A stretch of DNA of 41,297 nt, taken from Chiloscyllium plagiosum. Lineage: Eukaryota. The notes under the pieces are model-generated. The model searched no databases. It was not told where the DNA came from and worked only from the letters and a program-made list of their open reading frames with translations. Shown in pieces: positions 24,858 through 37,059 of this stretch. The position numbers were made by a program, and so were the translations under genes. The stretch lies in contig NC_057719.1 in assembly GCF_004010195.1 (NCBI RefSeq), positions 61,566,946-61,608,242 on the forward strand, written 5' to 3'. The first letter of the stretch is position 1, and every line of letters starts with the position of its first letter.

Positions 24858-24879
24858 CTTTCAAATTTAGAGAATTAAC

Positions 24880-25330
24880 ATGAACTGGAACATTTTTTTA
24901 TTTGATACCTTTCCATTCAGGGCAGAAAGGTGGTTCCATGAGCAGACTCTCATAATTTTTAGGCAAATTGCTTCATCACCAGAACTTTCCAACAAGTGCC
25001 AAGACATAGTATGGCTGGTGGTGAGAAGGGCACTGCCCATCAGATCCTTCATGCACACCTATCCCTGTGCACCACTCCTCACTGCCCTCAAAGTGTCTAT
25101 GCTGACAAAAAGACTATCACCCATATCCTTCTGGAATGTGCCTTTGCAAAGAAGGTCTAGAGAGAGATGCAGTGGATTTTGTCGAGATTCATCCCTGAGT
25201 ATTTTCATGATGCGGGAGTCTGTGCAATATGGTCTGTTCCCTAGCATGCCCACCAAGACAAACATCAACTGCACCTGAAGGCCCATCAACTCAGTAAAAG
25301 CTGCACTTGGTCTGCCTGAAATATGCTGGC
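24880..25330 (+). mobile_element. Tx1/L1-clade LINE ORF2 C-terminal remnant
   Basis: LSNKCQDIVWLVVRRALP, then in a shifted frame CPQ...TITHILLECAFAKKV: the C-terminal zinc-binding region of L1/Tx1 ORF2. Confidence 0.75.
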
Positions 25331-26019
25331 GTTATTCTCAACCAGTTATGTTTGGGATTATGAGTCTTTTCAGTTCTCAGACCCTCACATTGCCTCCAAA
25401 TGAACATTAGTAGTTTCCAGCATAAGCAGAAAATGTCTTTTGTTCTTGCAACTGTCGAGAAGCTCTGAGAAATGTTAAATTTCCATTTTGTTTGTTATTA
25501 TTTTCTCTCTGCAAAGACTATACAGAATTGATTTAGAACCTTTATATGCACTTATAGATGACATTTTACAAACAAACTATACTTTTGAAATGAAAAGAAT
25601 TAGTGACGGATAATGGTCCCTCTGAGCTGCTCAGATTCTTCAAGGGTTCACGCAAAACCAACTAATACACTGACTTCTGGTTCTGGGAGTCGCTCCTGTG
25701 CATGAAGCTTGGACATTTGCGCAACTGCAGGAAAAATTATATTGAATGTAGGTGATAGAGCAGATACCACTGTTGAGTACCTGCTGTTCTCAGAGTTTTC
25801 AAATATCAAAAGGGTTCATTATATGGTAGCAATAAATAGAACTACATTTAGTCAGATCAAGCTACTAGGACTTTAGGGAGCTGGTTCAAATACATCTGTT
25901 CCATCTAAAAGCTAGAGTAGAACTCCCTGGCCTGAATCTTACTTTTTTTGGCTAGATCTGAGCTTTTTGGAGGCATTTCTGCCACACAGCCAAGTGTGTT
26001 TTTTTTCCCATTCTTCATT

Positions 26020-26350
26020 TGCAGAATATGGGTGTCATTGGCCAGATCAGCATTTATTGACCACCCCTAAACGTCCAGAGAACAGTTTAGAGTCAACTAC
26101 ATTGTTGTAAGTCTAGAGTCACATGTAGGTCAGATCAGGTAAGGATGGCAGTTTCCTTCTGAAAGGACATTAATCAACCAAACCAGATTCTTTCAACAAT
26201 TGACTTTTTTTTATGGTCATCACTAAACTCTTAATCCCAGATTTTTACTCAATTCAAATTTCTCGATCTACCTTGGTGGGATTCAAACCCAAATGTCTGG
26301 GACATTACCCAGGTCTCTGGATTAATATAATATCACGAGGCCATCACCTG
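26020..26350 (-). mobile_element. tRNA-derived SINE, same family as 2908-3200
   Basis: Shared blocks cagcatttattg, gtaaggatggc and ggtctctggattaa. Confidence 0.65.
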
Positions 26351-26594
26351 CCCACATTTTGCTATATAGTCCCAAACTCGCCTCATAACTACCTACTTTC
26401 CACTATTGCACCCATCATGTCTAATTCCTGCTGCATCTTACCATTTGCTATTCCTGGAACAACCTGTCACTCTGCAGATATCCTGGAACATGTCAGCACT
26501 CCTTGCATCTGCCACATCCTTGAAAGTGCATTGTGCACCTGAACAACACTGTCAATTTGGAGCTGTACTATATGGTACCTGACATTTGTCCCAG

Positions 26595-27000
26595 ACATGG
26601 CAAACTAAGGAAACCTGGCACCCTATTTTCAGGGCAGATAGCTGGAGGTTCTGTTGGATAGGGTAGATGTAGGATTTCCTCTTTCCTCAGGACTGTGAGC
26701 GGAGTCTATGACACGAGACAACCTGCAACATCTTCCCTCGCTTGCTTCTCCCATCCCAAACCACTAATCCTATATACCCTCTGTGTGGCCTGATCACTCA
26801 TTTGGGACACCTCCTCAATTGTACCAGATGTAACAGCTGTCCCACAGATCTCTGTAATAGTGACCTCTCTCTCATTGCAGGAGAAAAACAGCCCACCATT
26901 GGGTGGAAAGGCTGAAAGCAAGAGATAGACTACCATTTGGCTCGTCATCCCTAATGTAGAGAACATCCTGACTCTGAATGCCCCAAGTATCTGATCATGT
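26595..27000 (+). mobile_element. Decayed Harbinger-type Myb/SANT gene remnant
   Basis: LAPYFQGR*LEVLLDRV at ~26615, then after ctctcattgcag an EK(T)AHH..ER..AR segment. These resemble the APRF..ELEVL and KLAHN..ER..TGGG motifs of Harbinger Myb/SANT proteins. Confidence 0.4.
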
Positions 27001-27494
27001 CCAAGTCCCTGGACTGGTAATGAAAGCTGCCTTTCACTTACTGTGCTCAGACCCCCTTACTAAATGCCTTGCTCTTGACTTGACTAGGTTTGCTGACAAC
27101 TATGACAAGCTTCTTGCCTTTGTATCTATGTTAACCGGTAAGACAAAACAGAAGAAATATGAGCCTTATATCTCTGGCTGAGGGGGCAAAGCACAAAAAG
27201 GCAAGGAAAGCATTGAAACATACAGAAGATAGGAGCAGTTGACCATTTGACTCCTCAAGCCTGCTTCATTAGTCAATATGATCATAGATGATTGAGCCCA
27301 AGACCCCAATCCCACCTTCTCCCCAAACGTATTGATGCTTTTAGTGACAAGAGTTATAACTACTTTCTTCTTGAAAACACAATGTTTTGGCTTGAACCAC
27401 TTTCTGTGATAGTGAATTCCATAGGCTCGCCATTCTCTATGTGAAGAAATTTCTCCTCATCTCAGTCCCAAAATATTTAACTTAAATCCTTAAA

Positions 27495-28469
27495 TGAGTT
27501 TTGAAAAGATTTCTGGTCCTGTTGAGGTTCTGGATGTGAGTTTGCTCACTGAGCTGGAAGGTTCGGTTTCAGATATTTTGTCATCATACTGGCTAACCTC
27601 ATCAGTGAGCCTCTGGTGAAGTGCTGGTGTTATGTCCTGCTTTCTATTTGTGTGTTTAGGTTTGTTTGGGTGTTTGGTGATGTTATTTCCAGTTCTGTTT
27701 CTCAAAGGATGGTACATGGGTCCAAATCGATGTGTTTGTTGATAGAGTTCCAGGTGGAATACCATGCTTCAGGAGTTCTTGTGCGTGTCTCTGTTTGGCT
27801 TGTCCTAGGATGGATATGCTGTCCCAGTCAAAATTGAGTCCTTCCTAGTCTGTATGTAAGGTTACTAGGGTTAGTGGGTCATGTCGTTTTGTGGCTAGTT
27901 GATATTCATGTATCCTGGTGGCTAGTTTACTGCCTGTTGGTAGTGTTGTTACAGTCATTGCAGGGTGTTTTGCAAATGATGTTTGTTTTGCTTATTGTCT
28001 GTATAGGGTATTTATGTTCATTAGCTGCTGTTTTAGTATGTTGATGGGTTTGTGGGCTATCATGATGCCAAGAGATCTGAGTAGTCTGGCAGTCATTTCA
28101 GAGATATCTTTGATGTAGGGGGGAGTGGTGAGTGTTTCTGGACGTGTTTTGTCTGCTTGTTTGGGTTTGTTGCTGAGAAATCGGCGGACTGTGCTTATTG
28201 GGTGCCTGTTCTTCTTCAAAACATTGTAAAGGTGATTTTAGAAGAATGGCATTCCAACCAGAACTCTATCAATAACCAATTTGATTTGGAACCCATCTAC
28301 CATCCTCTGAGAAAAACAAACCATAAATGACATCACCAAACACCAAAGAAACCTAAACAGATAAATAGAAAGTGGGATATAACACCAGTGCTTCACTGGA
28401 GGCTCACTGATGATGTTATCTTGTATGGTGACGAAACATCTGAACCCAAACCTTCTAGCTCAGCGAGCA
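27495..28469 (-). mobile_element. 5'-truncated Penelope-like retroelement: end of RT, GIY-YIG endonuclease remnant, inverted terminal repeats, 16-bp TSD
   Basis: PYIKDISEMTARLLRSLGIMIAHKP (ORF 27992..28219), followed by NIICKTPCNDC and KLATRIHEYQ. 28244-28472 is an inverted copy of ~27539-27767. Flanks aacttaaatccttaaa (27479-27494) and aacttaagtccttaaa (28470-28485). Confidence 0.9.
28404..28443 (+). ncRNA. Minimal type I hammerhead ribozyme motif, second family (one substitution in helix III)
   Basis: UCA-CUGAUGA-U-GUUAUC(UUGUAU)GGUGAC-GAAAC-AUC-UGA. A more decayed inverted copy lies at 27569-27608. Confidence 0.65.
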
Positions 28470-28689
28470 AACTTAAGTCCTTAAACTATGACTCTGTTCA
28501 GGACTCTGTCACCCTCAGGAACATCTTTCCTATATTTAACCAGTTTAGTCCTGTTAGAATTTTATAGGTTTCTATGAGATTCCCGACGCATTCTTCTAAA
28601 CTCCAATGAATATAATCCTAACCAATTCAACCTCTTCTCATAGATTAGCCCCACCATCCAAGAATCAATTTGGTAAACTTTGGTATAAA

Positions 28690-31520
28690 AGCTGGAGTGA
28701 GATACTTGTGATGTCTCAATCAGCAAATCTCACCATTGCTCACGTCACTCAGACTCCTATAAGATTCTGTCCTCTGTCTCAACCCCAGACAATTTGTGGC
28801 ATCAGTAGAATGAGTGGAGCCATTCAGGACCATTACCTTATTCAAATTTCTTTCCCCACAGTTATCCCATTACATAATCATGGATGGAATACAGTTACCA
28901 GAATCACATCTCCCTCAAGTGTGGCCACTTTCCAAATTTTCTTGGGATGCACTCTCTCAGACTTGGAAAATGTAGATGTCTTGCTTGAGGAAAGTGAACT
29001 CTTATTGAGCCGTTGATTATTTCTCTACTGGAGGATCTTTAATCTCACAGCTATCTTTCACAGAGGACATTGTTACTTGTCGAAGTTTTTGTTGATACAT
29101 TACCTTACCTGAGGAATTTATAATCTCGTGAATTCCTTTCCTGGAAGATTTTCTATTGAAATAAGTATGATCTTCCTTGTAAAATTTTGAGTTTTGGCAT
29201 CAGGCAATCACTTTTTAATTTGGATAAATAGTCTGTCCTTTGTAGTATTCTGGATGTGTAAACAAAGCTTCTTTTCCTTATTGATCGTGTATAGATCTGG
29301 AGACATTAGCTTGGCTCCCATGGAGATATATGCTGTGTATCTCCCATGAGCTGTTGATCAGGCTGGACATTTTCAGTTGCCCACTTTACTTATTTAACTA
29401 ATAGAGTAAATTTTTTCAGCCTGTCAGTTGTATTTCTGGAAGTTTACTGCTTATTTGGCACTATCACTAGCACTGACTGTTCTGCTTCGAAATACAGAGG
29501 AATAAATATTTCCACCAGTCCTGTGAGATATGTGACTTCCTTTATGTTGACAATGTTTAACAGTTCCCTTGTGCCAACATAAGTGGTGTCACTTGTTTCT
29601 TTCTTCTGTTAGGAGTCTCCTAGAAATCTGAGAAGCATAAAAAGGTTGTATATTTACAAGTTAGTTAATGGTACTTTCTAACTGGACCAGTTGTTCTCTT
29701 GGAATTAATGGGACCCCTTCTGACTCCTTAAGGTAAGTTGAGGTTGCAACAAGTATGCTTTTTCAGGAGTGAAGACTTTCATTTGCAAACAATGTAACAT
29801 TTTAACACTCCTTGTGGTTATAATGCAAGTTGTAACATTCCCATATTCTTGACAGTTACGTCACCTAGTCTACATAGCCTTATCTCTGTAAGTTGTAGCT
29901 TCTGTTTGTTCAGTCATAGCAACTGGTCTGATAGGGTAGTGATGTCAGCACTGCTAATAAGCCTAAAATTAATGAGTTGTACACTGATACAAACAATTCC
30001 AGTAAAACTCAGATCATTGTGATCACCAATTTTCCCTATAAATAAATTGGTTATATGTTTAAAGGATATTGCTATACTATATTATTGTCTTTGCATGTTG
30101 CAGCTGCATAGAACATTGGTTAGGCCTCTTTTGGAATATTGTGTGCAATTCTGGTCTCCTTCCTATCAGAAGGATGTTGTGAAACTTGAAAGGGTTCAGA
30201 AAAGATTTGCAAAGATGTTGCCAGGGTTGGAGGGTTTGAGCTATAGGGAGAGGCTGAATAGGTTGGGACTGTTTTTCCTGGAGCGTCGGAAGCTGAGGGG
30301 TGACCTTATAGAGATTTACAAAATCATGAGTGGCATGGATGGGGTAAATAGACAAGGCATTTTCCCTGGGGTGGGGGAGTCCAGAACTAGAGGGCATAGG
30401 CTTAGGATGAGAGGGGAAAGATTTAAAAGGGACATAAGGGGAAATATTTTCACGCAGAGGGTGGTACGTGTATGGAATGAGCTGCCAGAGGAAGTGGTGA
30501 AGGCTGGTACAATTATAACATTTAAAAGGCATCTGGAAGGGTTGAGAGGGATATGGGCTAAGTGCTGGCAAATTGGACTAGATTAGTTTAGGGTATCTGG
30601 TCAGCTTGGACAAGTTGGACCAAAGGGTCTGTTTCCATGCTGTACATCTCTATGACTCTATGTGTAACCTCCCCTTTTCCTACAACTTTGCAACAGTATC
30701 ATACTTCTGCACTTAATGTTTGATTTTTGAGGCAATGCTGTATTTTAAGTTATGTTGCCTGCTGCAAAGTCCAATCTTTTGTTCTGTATGGTCCATCACT
30801 GACCTTGAATTTGTTAAAAAGTACTATATCTTTTGGTTAATTTCTTCTCAATGTGCTGTCTAACCTTGACTGCAAATGTGCTTTATGTCTATATCATTGT
30901 AATATTGCTTGTAATCCACTGTTCCTTAAGCTTCTTTCTTGTGTTCACAAATGCTATTTCAAATTGAATTACTGTCGAGCTTTCAAGAATATCTGCAGCA
31001 TCCCTTTTATTTGCCTGCCTTTTGTAACTCTATATTATTCCTTGATTGTATTAAGTTTCTAAATAAAGCTTTAAAATTTATTGTGGGCTTTTTTTTAATG
31101 ATTTACTACTTTCTAGATTTTTCAAACTCCTTTATGTATGATATATAATGTCTGTACTACTTTAAAGGTTTTCTTGCCTTTTTCAAAGTTTTCCTGATTT
31201 TGTTAATGATCTAAAAGATAGCTGCTTCTTCTTCGAGGGATTCCCACCTTCTGTAGCCAAGATGGAGGTTATGCACTTGTTCCTAGGTAAAATGAACCTT
31301 TTCTGACTTTCAGAGTCTAAAACACCAAGCATTTTCTTCTATGCCATTTCTGGCTGTGGCCTTTATGAACCCTTCTGCCAAATTGTGGTTAAATTGTGTT
31401 TCACATTGTTTGCCACCTCAAGTAGTTGGTGGTACTGGGTGAAGGTTGTTTGAGGTAGTTTACTACCACCATCCTCTTACCTTTTACTTTCTCTTGGACT
31501 TATCTAGTGGTTAATGGTAG
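28690..31520 (-). mobile_element. Heavily decayed Ty3/Gypsy LTR-retrotransposon internal region (gag-PR-RT-RNase H), split by CR1
   Basis: Minus-strand remnants in the expected order: LQSCRKRG (zinc-knuckle-like, ~30680), INFRLISSADITTLS (protease FKLDTGADVT-like, 29930-29973), KFL-GKVMY (~29100), HDYVMG and GKEI (RNase H-like, ~28850-28885). Limits are approximate. Confidence 0.45.
30094..30662 (+). mobile_element. CR1 LINE 3' fragment
   Basis: MLQLHRTLVRPLLEYCVQFWSP..FTQRVVRVWNELP; ctatgactctatg tail. Confidence 0.95.
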
Positions 31521-31584
31521 AGGGTACACCACCATAACTATTTCCAGAAGAGATGCTCTTTTAAATATGAAGAAGGTTTACTAT

Positions 31585-33270
31585 AGAGAACATAGAACAT
31601 TACAGCTCAGTACAGGCCCTTCGGCCCTCGATGTTGCACCGCCCTGCCTTACTAATCTGAAGCCCATCCCACCTACACTATTCCACGTACGTCCATATGC
31701 CTGTCCAATGATGACTTAAATGGACTTAAATTTGGCGAATCTATTACCGTTGCAGGCAAAGCATTCCATACCCTTACTACTCTCTGAGTAAAGAAACTAC
31801 CTCTGACATTTGTCTTATACCTATCTCCCCTCACTTTAAAGTTGTGTCCCCTTGTGTTTGCCATCCCCATACTTGGAAAAAGGCTCTCCCTGTCCACCCT
31901 ATCTAACCCTCTGATTATCTTGTATGTCTCTATTAAGTCACCTCTCAACCTTCCTCTCTCTAACGAGAACAGCCTCAAGGCCCTCAGCCTTTCCTCGTAA
32001 GACATTCCTTCCATACCAGGCAACATCCTAGNNNNNNNNNNNNNNNNNNNNNNNNNNNNNNNNNNNNNNNNNNNNNNNNNNNNNNNNNNNNNNNNNNNNN
32101 NNNNNNNNNNNNNNNNNNNNNNNNNNNNNNNNNNNNNNNNNNNNNNNNNNNNNNNNNNNNNNNNNNNNNNNNNNNNNNNNNNNNNNNNNNNNNNNNNNNN
32201 NNNNNNNNNNNNNNNNNNNNNNNNNNNNNNNNNNNNNNNNNNNNNNNNNNNNNNNNNNNNNNNNNNNNNNNNNNNNNNNNNNNNNNNNNNNNNNNNNNNN
32301 NNNNNNNNNNNNNNNNNNNNNNNNNNNNNNNNNNNNNNNNNNNNNNNNNNNNNNNNNNNNNNNNNNNNNNNNNNNNNNNNNNNNNNNNNNNNNNNNNNNN
32401 NNNNNNNNNNNNNNNNNNNNNNNNNNNNNNNNNNNNNNNNNNNNNNNNNNNNNNNNNNNNNNNNNNNNNNNNNNNNNNNNNNNNNNNNNNNNNNNNNNNN
32501 NNNNNNNNNNNNNNNNNNNNNNNNNNNNNNNNNNNNNNNNNNNNNNNNNNNNNNNNNNNNNNNNNNNNNNNNNNNNNNNNNNNNNNNNNNNNNNNNNNNN
32601 NNNNNNNNNNNNNNNNNNNNNNNNNNNNNNNNNNNNNNNNNNNNNNNNNNNNNNNNNNNNNNNNNNNNNNNNNNNNNNNNNNNNNNNNNNNNNNNNNNNN
32701 NNNNNNNNNNNNNNNNNNNNNNNNNNNNNNNNTTCCTGTAGACAATGATGATTTGAAGATCAATGCCAAAGGCTCGGCAATCTCTTCCCTTGCTTCCCAG
32801 AGGAACCTAGGATACATCCCATCCGGCCCAGGGGTCTTGTCTATTTTCACACTCTGCAGTATTTCTAATACCTCTTCCTTGTGAACCTCAAACTCTTCTC
32901 GTCTAGATGCAAGTATCTTCCTCACCAACATTTTCATTTTCTATTGTGAACACTGTCAAAAAATATTTATTTAGTGCTTCCCCTATCTCCTCTGACTCCA
33001 CACACAACTTCCCACTATTATCCTTGATTGGCCTTAATTTAACTTTCATCATTCTTTTATTCCTGACATAGCTATGGAAGGCCTTAGGTTTAACCCTGAT
33101 CCTATCCGCCAACAACTTCTCATGTCTCCTCCTGGCTCTTCTGAGCTCTCTTTTTAGGTCTTTCCTGACTTCCTTGTAACCCTCACGCACCCTAACTGAG
33201 TTTTAACATTTTGTCCTAACATAAGCCTTCTTCTTCTTCTTGACCAGGGATTCCACTTCCTTACTAAACC
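31585..33270 (-). mobile_element. Young 5'-truncated CR1 LINE spanning an assembly gap
   Basis: gaacatagaacat tail; ORFs 31673..32026, 31984..32937 and 32903..33190 are CR1 ORF2 segments. Confidence 0.95.
32032..32732. other. Assembly gap (N run)
   Basis: Run of N. Confidence 1.
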
Positions 33271-33554
33271 AATAGTAAACATGACAGCAATAACTGCAAT
33301 GTTTGGAAGGGATAACTACTAGGTTCTTTAAGAGGTTGTACAGATATATCTGCTCTCTGAACAACAACAATTATCTCGTCTCCTGTCCCCAATCAAATGT
33401 GTATTACATTTGTAAAATGGTGGAACCAATGTAACTTCTCAGAACCATTACCTTATACAACAATGAGTTGAATGTCTTAGGCTTGGTGTCATTTTCTGCC
33501 TACAAAGAGGCTAAAGTGGAAGCCTAGACTGCATCTAAAGCAAAAATGTTACAA

Positions 33555-33825
33555 CATAGGAGAACATTTGCCTCTATTGTATTCATGCTTGCTCACTGAA
33601 AGACCAACTCAGTTTCACTGCTCTGCCTTTTCCCAGGCATTGCAAGCTAACCACCTGCTACAGAAAATATCTTCCTTATGTTGTCTCTGTTGTTTTGCTA
33701 AGCACTTCAACTTAATGTCCTCTGATTTTCAATCCTTCTATCAATGGAAACAACTTGTCTAGATCCCTCATGATTTTGAACACCTCTATTAAATCTCCTT
33801 TCATCCTTCTCTTCTCTAAGGGAGG
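33555..33825 (-). mobile_element. Old CR1-like 3' fragment
   Basis: ccctcatgattttgaacacctctattaaatctcc is the reverse of the RGDLIEVFKIMR motif. Confidence 0.6.
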
Positions 33826-34412
33826 ATCCATTCCCAAGCATCGCCATTTCACAACACCACATGCACAAGATTCACAAGAGGAAAGAAACTACTTCTTTCT
33901 TAAGAAAGACCTCACGGATACATTTATGGATCTAGGAATAAATCAGGGAACCCACATTACAGCATTGTTCTTATCCTGAGATACTGCAAAGAACAAATCG
34001 ATATAGAAATAAATCTTAGGAACAATTTGAAGCATTTTGACAGGTTTTCAACAGAAATATTCTCCCCAGTTCCATCCCCATACCACTATATTGGTAAAAG
34101 CAGAAAAAGAAGAATTCATAATCGGCACCTGAAACAGGTGCTGTTGTCCTTTGCAAATGCAGACAGAGTTCTTACATCTGTTTGCAACACTTGGTTGTCT
34201 TGACAATAAAATGCATTGGGGTCTAAATGCGGCATAACCAGCAATACTTAAAAGAGCTCCTGCAGGTCACCGTCAAAATATATGTAAAAAAGACTTACTT
34301 AAACATTGAGTTGGGAAATGCAGGTATTTTTGTTCTAATGCTACTCTTGTCCCAAAGTCTGTTACTAGTCTCCTCTCACTCAATCCTTCCATTCAGGTTG
34401 TTTCTACCTGTG

Positions 34413-34478
34413 CCAGGTTATTCCCTTGCCCCCACCTCCCTGTCCCAGGTTATTCCCTTGTCCCCCACCTCCCCGTCC
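34413..34478 (+). repeat. Imperfect ~32-bp tandem duplication
   Basis: ccaggttattcccttg(t)cccccacctccc(t/c)gtc occurs twice. Confidence 0.85.
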
Positions 34479-35624
34479 CATCAACCTTTTTCAGGACGTT
34501 TTTGAAGGCTGTTGACAATAATTCAGTGACTTAAAATTGACATTCAGCTCTTGAGTGTGCTACCTGAGAATGCTAATGAAGCAGCAGCAACTCACATAAA
34601 TACAGTTTCAAGCCTGATGTTGGGTGGGTCTCAGGCCTACCCCCTTTCAGTACTAAGTACTGCCAACTTCTAGGCTGATGTATTGAACAAATATCTGTAC
34701 CCTTCTTTAGTTATTTGCTTCCCAACATTTAAGTTTCAGAACATATAATTTTCTCTAAAGTTTAACAGTTTATTGCTTTTTAAAGTTGGATTGCAGATGC
34801 ATTAGTAGTAATGTACTCAATCAGAATTACAAATAGAAGGACTATAGTAATAATTTGTTGTTTTTCTGCACAGCTCCAATATAATTCAGGCTCATACATT
34901 GACTTATTGGGAATCCAGAACCTATTTTTCACTTATTATTAAGTTAGGAAAGAATGCTCATCGAGTACACAGAGTAAAAGAAATTTAGTGCTCAACAGCT
35001 TGATGGTTCATGTTTTATATTTCAATTGATACAACCTAATTTTGATGTGCATCATAAGACCCTGAAAAAAAAAAGTCAATGCTTCTTACTGCAGATTGAT
35101 TGCGCCAATAATAACCCTATCTGTATGTGAAAGATACAAAACAATACCATTGTGTGGATGGTTATACAACTGATTCGTGCTTTTAATGCAGGATAAAAAA
35201 TTACACTTTTATTGTCCTTGAAAGGACAATTATTCACCAGAGTCGTGGCATATTTTCTTCCAAAATTGAATAATAGCAAAAGAATGGAGAAGAGAAACTG
35301 CAAAAAAAAAAGAATCAATATACTGTCAACATAATTGGCAAAGGCATCTTATAAATAATGAAGACAACATGTTGAAAGCAAAGTGGTTTTCAAATCATTT
35401 TGGCCATCAACATTGTACAATAAATACAATGAAATTTGGCACCATCACTGCTTTCAGTTTCATGCATGTGCTACATCTATTTGATGGAAAAAGCTTTGCT
35501 GATTCTTATTGTTTAATGAACAGCAGCAAATAAATGTATTTAAATTTTATATAGCTCTAAAGGGAATGAAAAGATCTGATTTGACATTTCATTCAAACTC
35601 TCAAAAGTGGAGATTTTTTTGAAG

Positions 35625-36162
35625 AATCATTGAATGATGCAGCACAGAAGATGATCATTTGGCCCATCCTCCTGGAGAAAGTTCTTCGACAGAGCCAACC
35701 AATTAACCTCACTGCCATGCTCTTTTCCTGCAGCTCTATAATTTCTTTCCCTTTAAGTATTTATCCATTTCTGTTTTGACTGTTGCTATTTCTGACATCC
35801 TTTCAGGCATTATGTTCCAGATCTCAACAATTCCATGCGTAAAATGTTTTCTGGTGCCACTCCTTTTCCAATCACCTTAAATGCATGACTTTTGGTTAGT
35901 TATCCTTCTGTCATTTGAAGCGGTTTCTTCCTATTTACTCGAACAAAATAATTCATGTTTAAGAACAGATTTGTCAAATCTCCATTTTGCTTTCTCTGCC
36001 CTAAGGAGGATACACCAGCTTTTACAGTCTCACCACATAAGCAAAGCCCCTCATCCCTGATACCAATCTAGGAAATTTCTTACACATCCATTTCAATGTC
36101 TTGACATCCTGTAGAAGGTATGGTGCCCAGAACTGAACACATTACTCCAGTTGAGGCCTAAC
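35625..36162 (-). mobile_element. Old CR1 3' fragment
   Basis: ggtgcccagaactgaacacattactccagttgaggccta is the reverse of RPQLE.CVQFWAP; gaatcattgaat tail. Confidence 0.75.
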
Positions 36163-36164
36163 AT

Positions 36165-37025
36165 CAAGATGGCAATGAAGTAGGTTCCAACTACTTTTCT
36201 TCCTTTTTCTTTTTACTTGCCTCTTGTCCTGAGCTCGGATAGCATCAGTGGTGGCAAGGAATGCCAGCACGGATTCGGAGTGGGCCCAGACCGAACCTCA
36301 TAGACCCCTACTTACTTTTCTGGGGCAAGCGCAGGACCTGGCATCAGAACCGGTGACTGCTACATCAGCAGAGGTGACATCGGCGAGGTAGGCCCAGTGG
36401 CAAAAGATACCGCCTGATGAAGCGAGGCAATGATGAAGGACAATCAACCCAGTGGCATAGGATGGTGCCTGAAGAGTGGTGGCTTCAATGTTGTTTGGGC
36501 CTTGTATAGACAGTGGCAAAGCAGTGGAAGAGGGATGGTAGCGTAAGCGTCAGTGACGTTGAGCTGGGTCAGGACTGATGGACTCTCTTTAAGCTTTCTA
36601 TTTCTTTTCTCATTCTTAAAACTATTCAAAATGGCACCAGATCGTGATGACTGTGGAAAAACATTTCACTGTATTTTCCTGTTTTTCCTCATTGCACAGT
36701 GACTCAGTGGTTAGCACTGCTGCCTCACAGCACCAGGGTCCCAGGTTTGATTCCAGCCTTGGGCAACTGTCTGTGTGGAGTTTGCACGTTCTCCCTGGGT
36801 TTCCTCCGGGTGCTCCAGTTTCCTCCCACAGTCCAAAGATGTGCAAGTCAGGTGAATTGGCCATGCTAAATTGCCCATATGCTAGGTGCATTAGTCAGAG
36901 GAAAATGGGTCTGGGTGGGTTACTCTTCGGAGGGTCGGTGTGGACTGGTTGGGCCAAATGGCTTGTTTCCACACTGTAGGAATCTAATCTAAAATACACA
37001 TAACAATAAAATCATTCATATTCAT
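36165..37025 (+). mobile_element. Unclassified non-autonomous repeat interrupted by an HE1 SINE
   Basis: Starts caagatggc, has a GC-richer core with retained CpGs, and ends aataaaatcattcatattcat (LINE-like short tandem tail). Confidence 0.45.
36694..36992 (+). mobile_element. HE1-type (V-SINE) SINE
   Basis: Collinear with 6199-6515; A and B boxes; (AATCT)n tail. Confidence 0.9.
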
Positions 37026-37059
37026 AACATATGTTCTATAAATGCTTATCACAACCTTT

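Larger units (their letters stand above)
27218..28683 (-). mobile_element. Old CR1 3' fragment split by a Penelope insertion (pieces 27218-27494 and 28470-28683)
   Basis: Reverse-complemented CR1 3' UTR/ORF2 end continues collinearly on both sides of the insert. Confidence 0.8.

Noticed and set aside
28606..29016. 136-aa plus-strand ORF, or the large upstream AKAP6 exon in this area
   Set aside because: No recognisable protein on the plus strand. The minus frames are full of stops and lack the AKAP6 sequence expected before GFVNKL.
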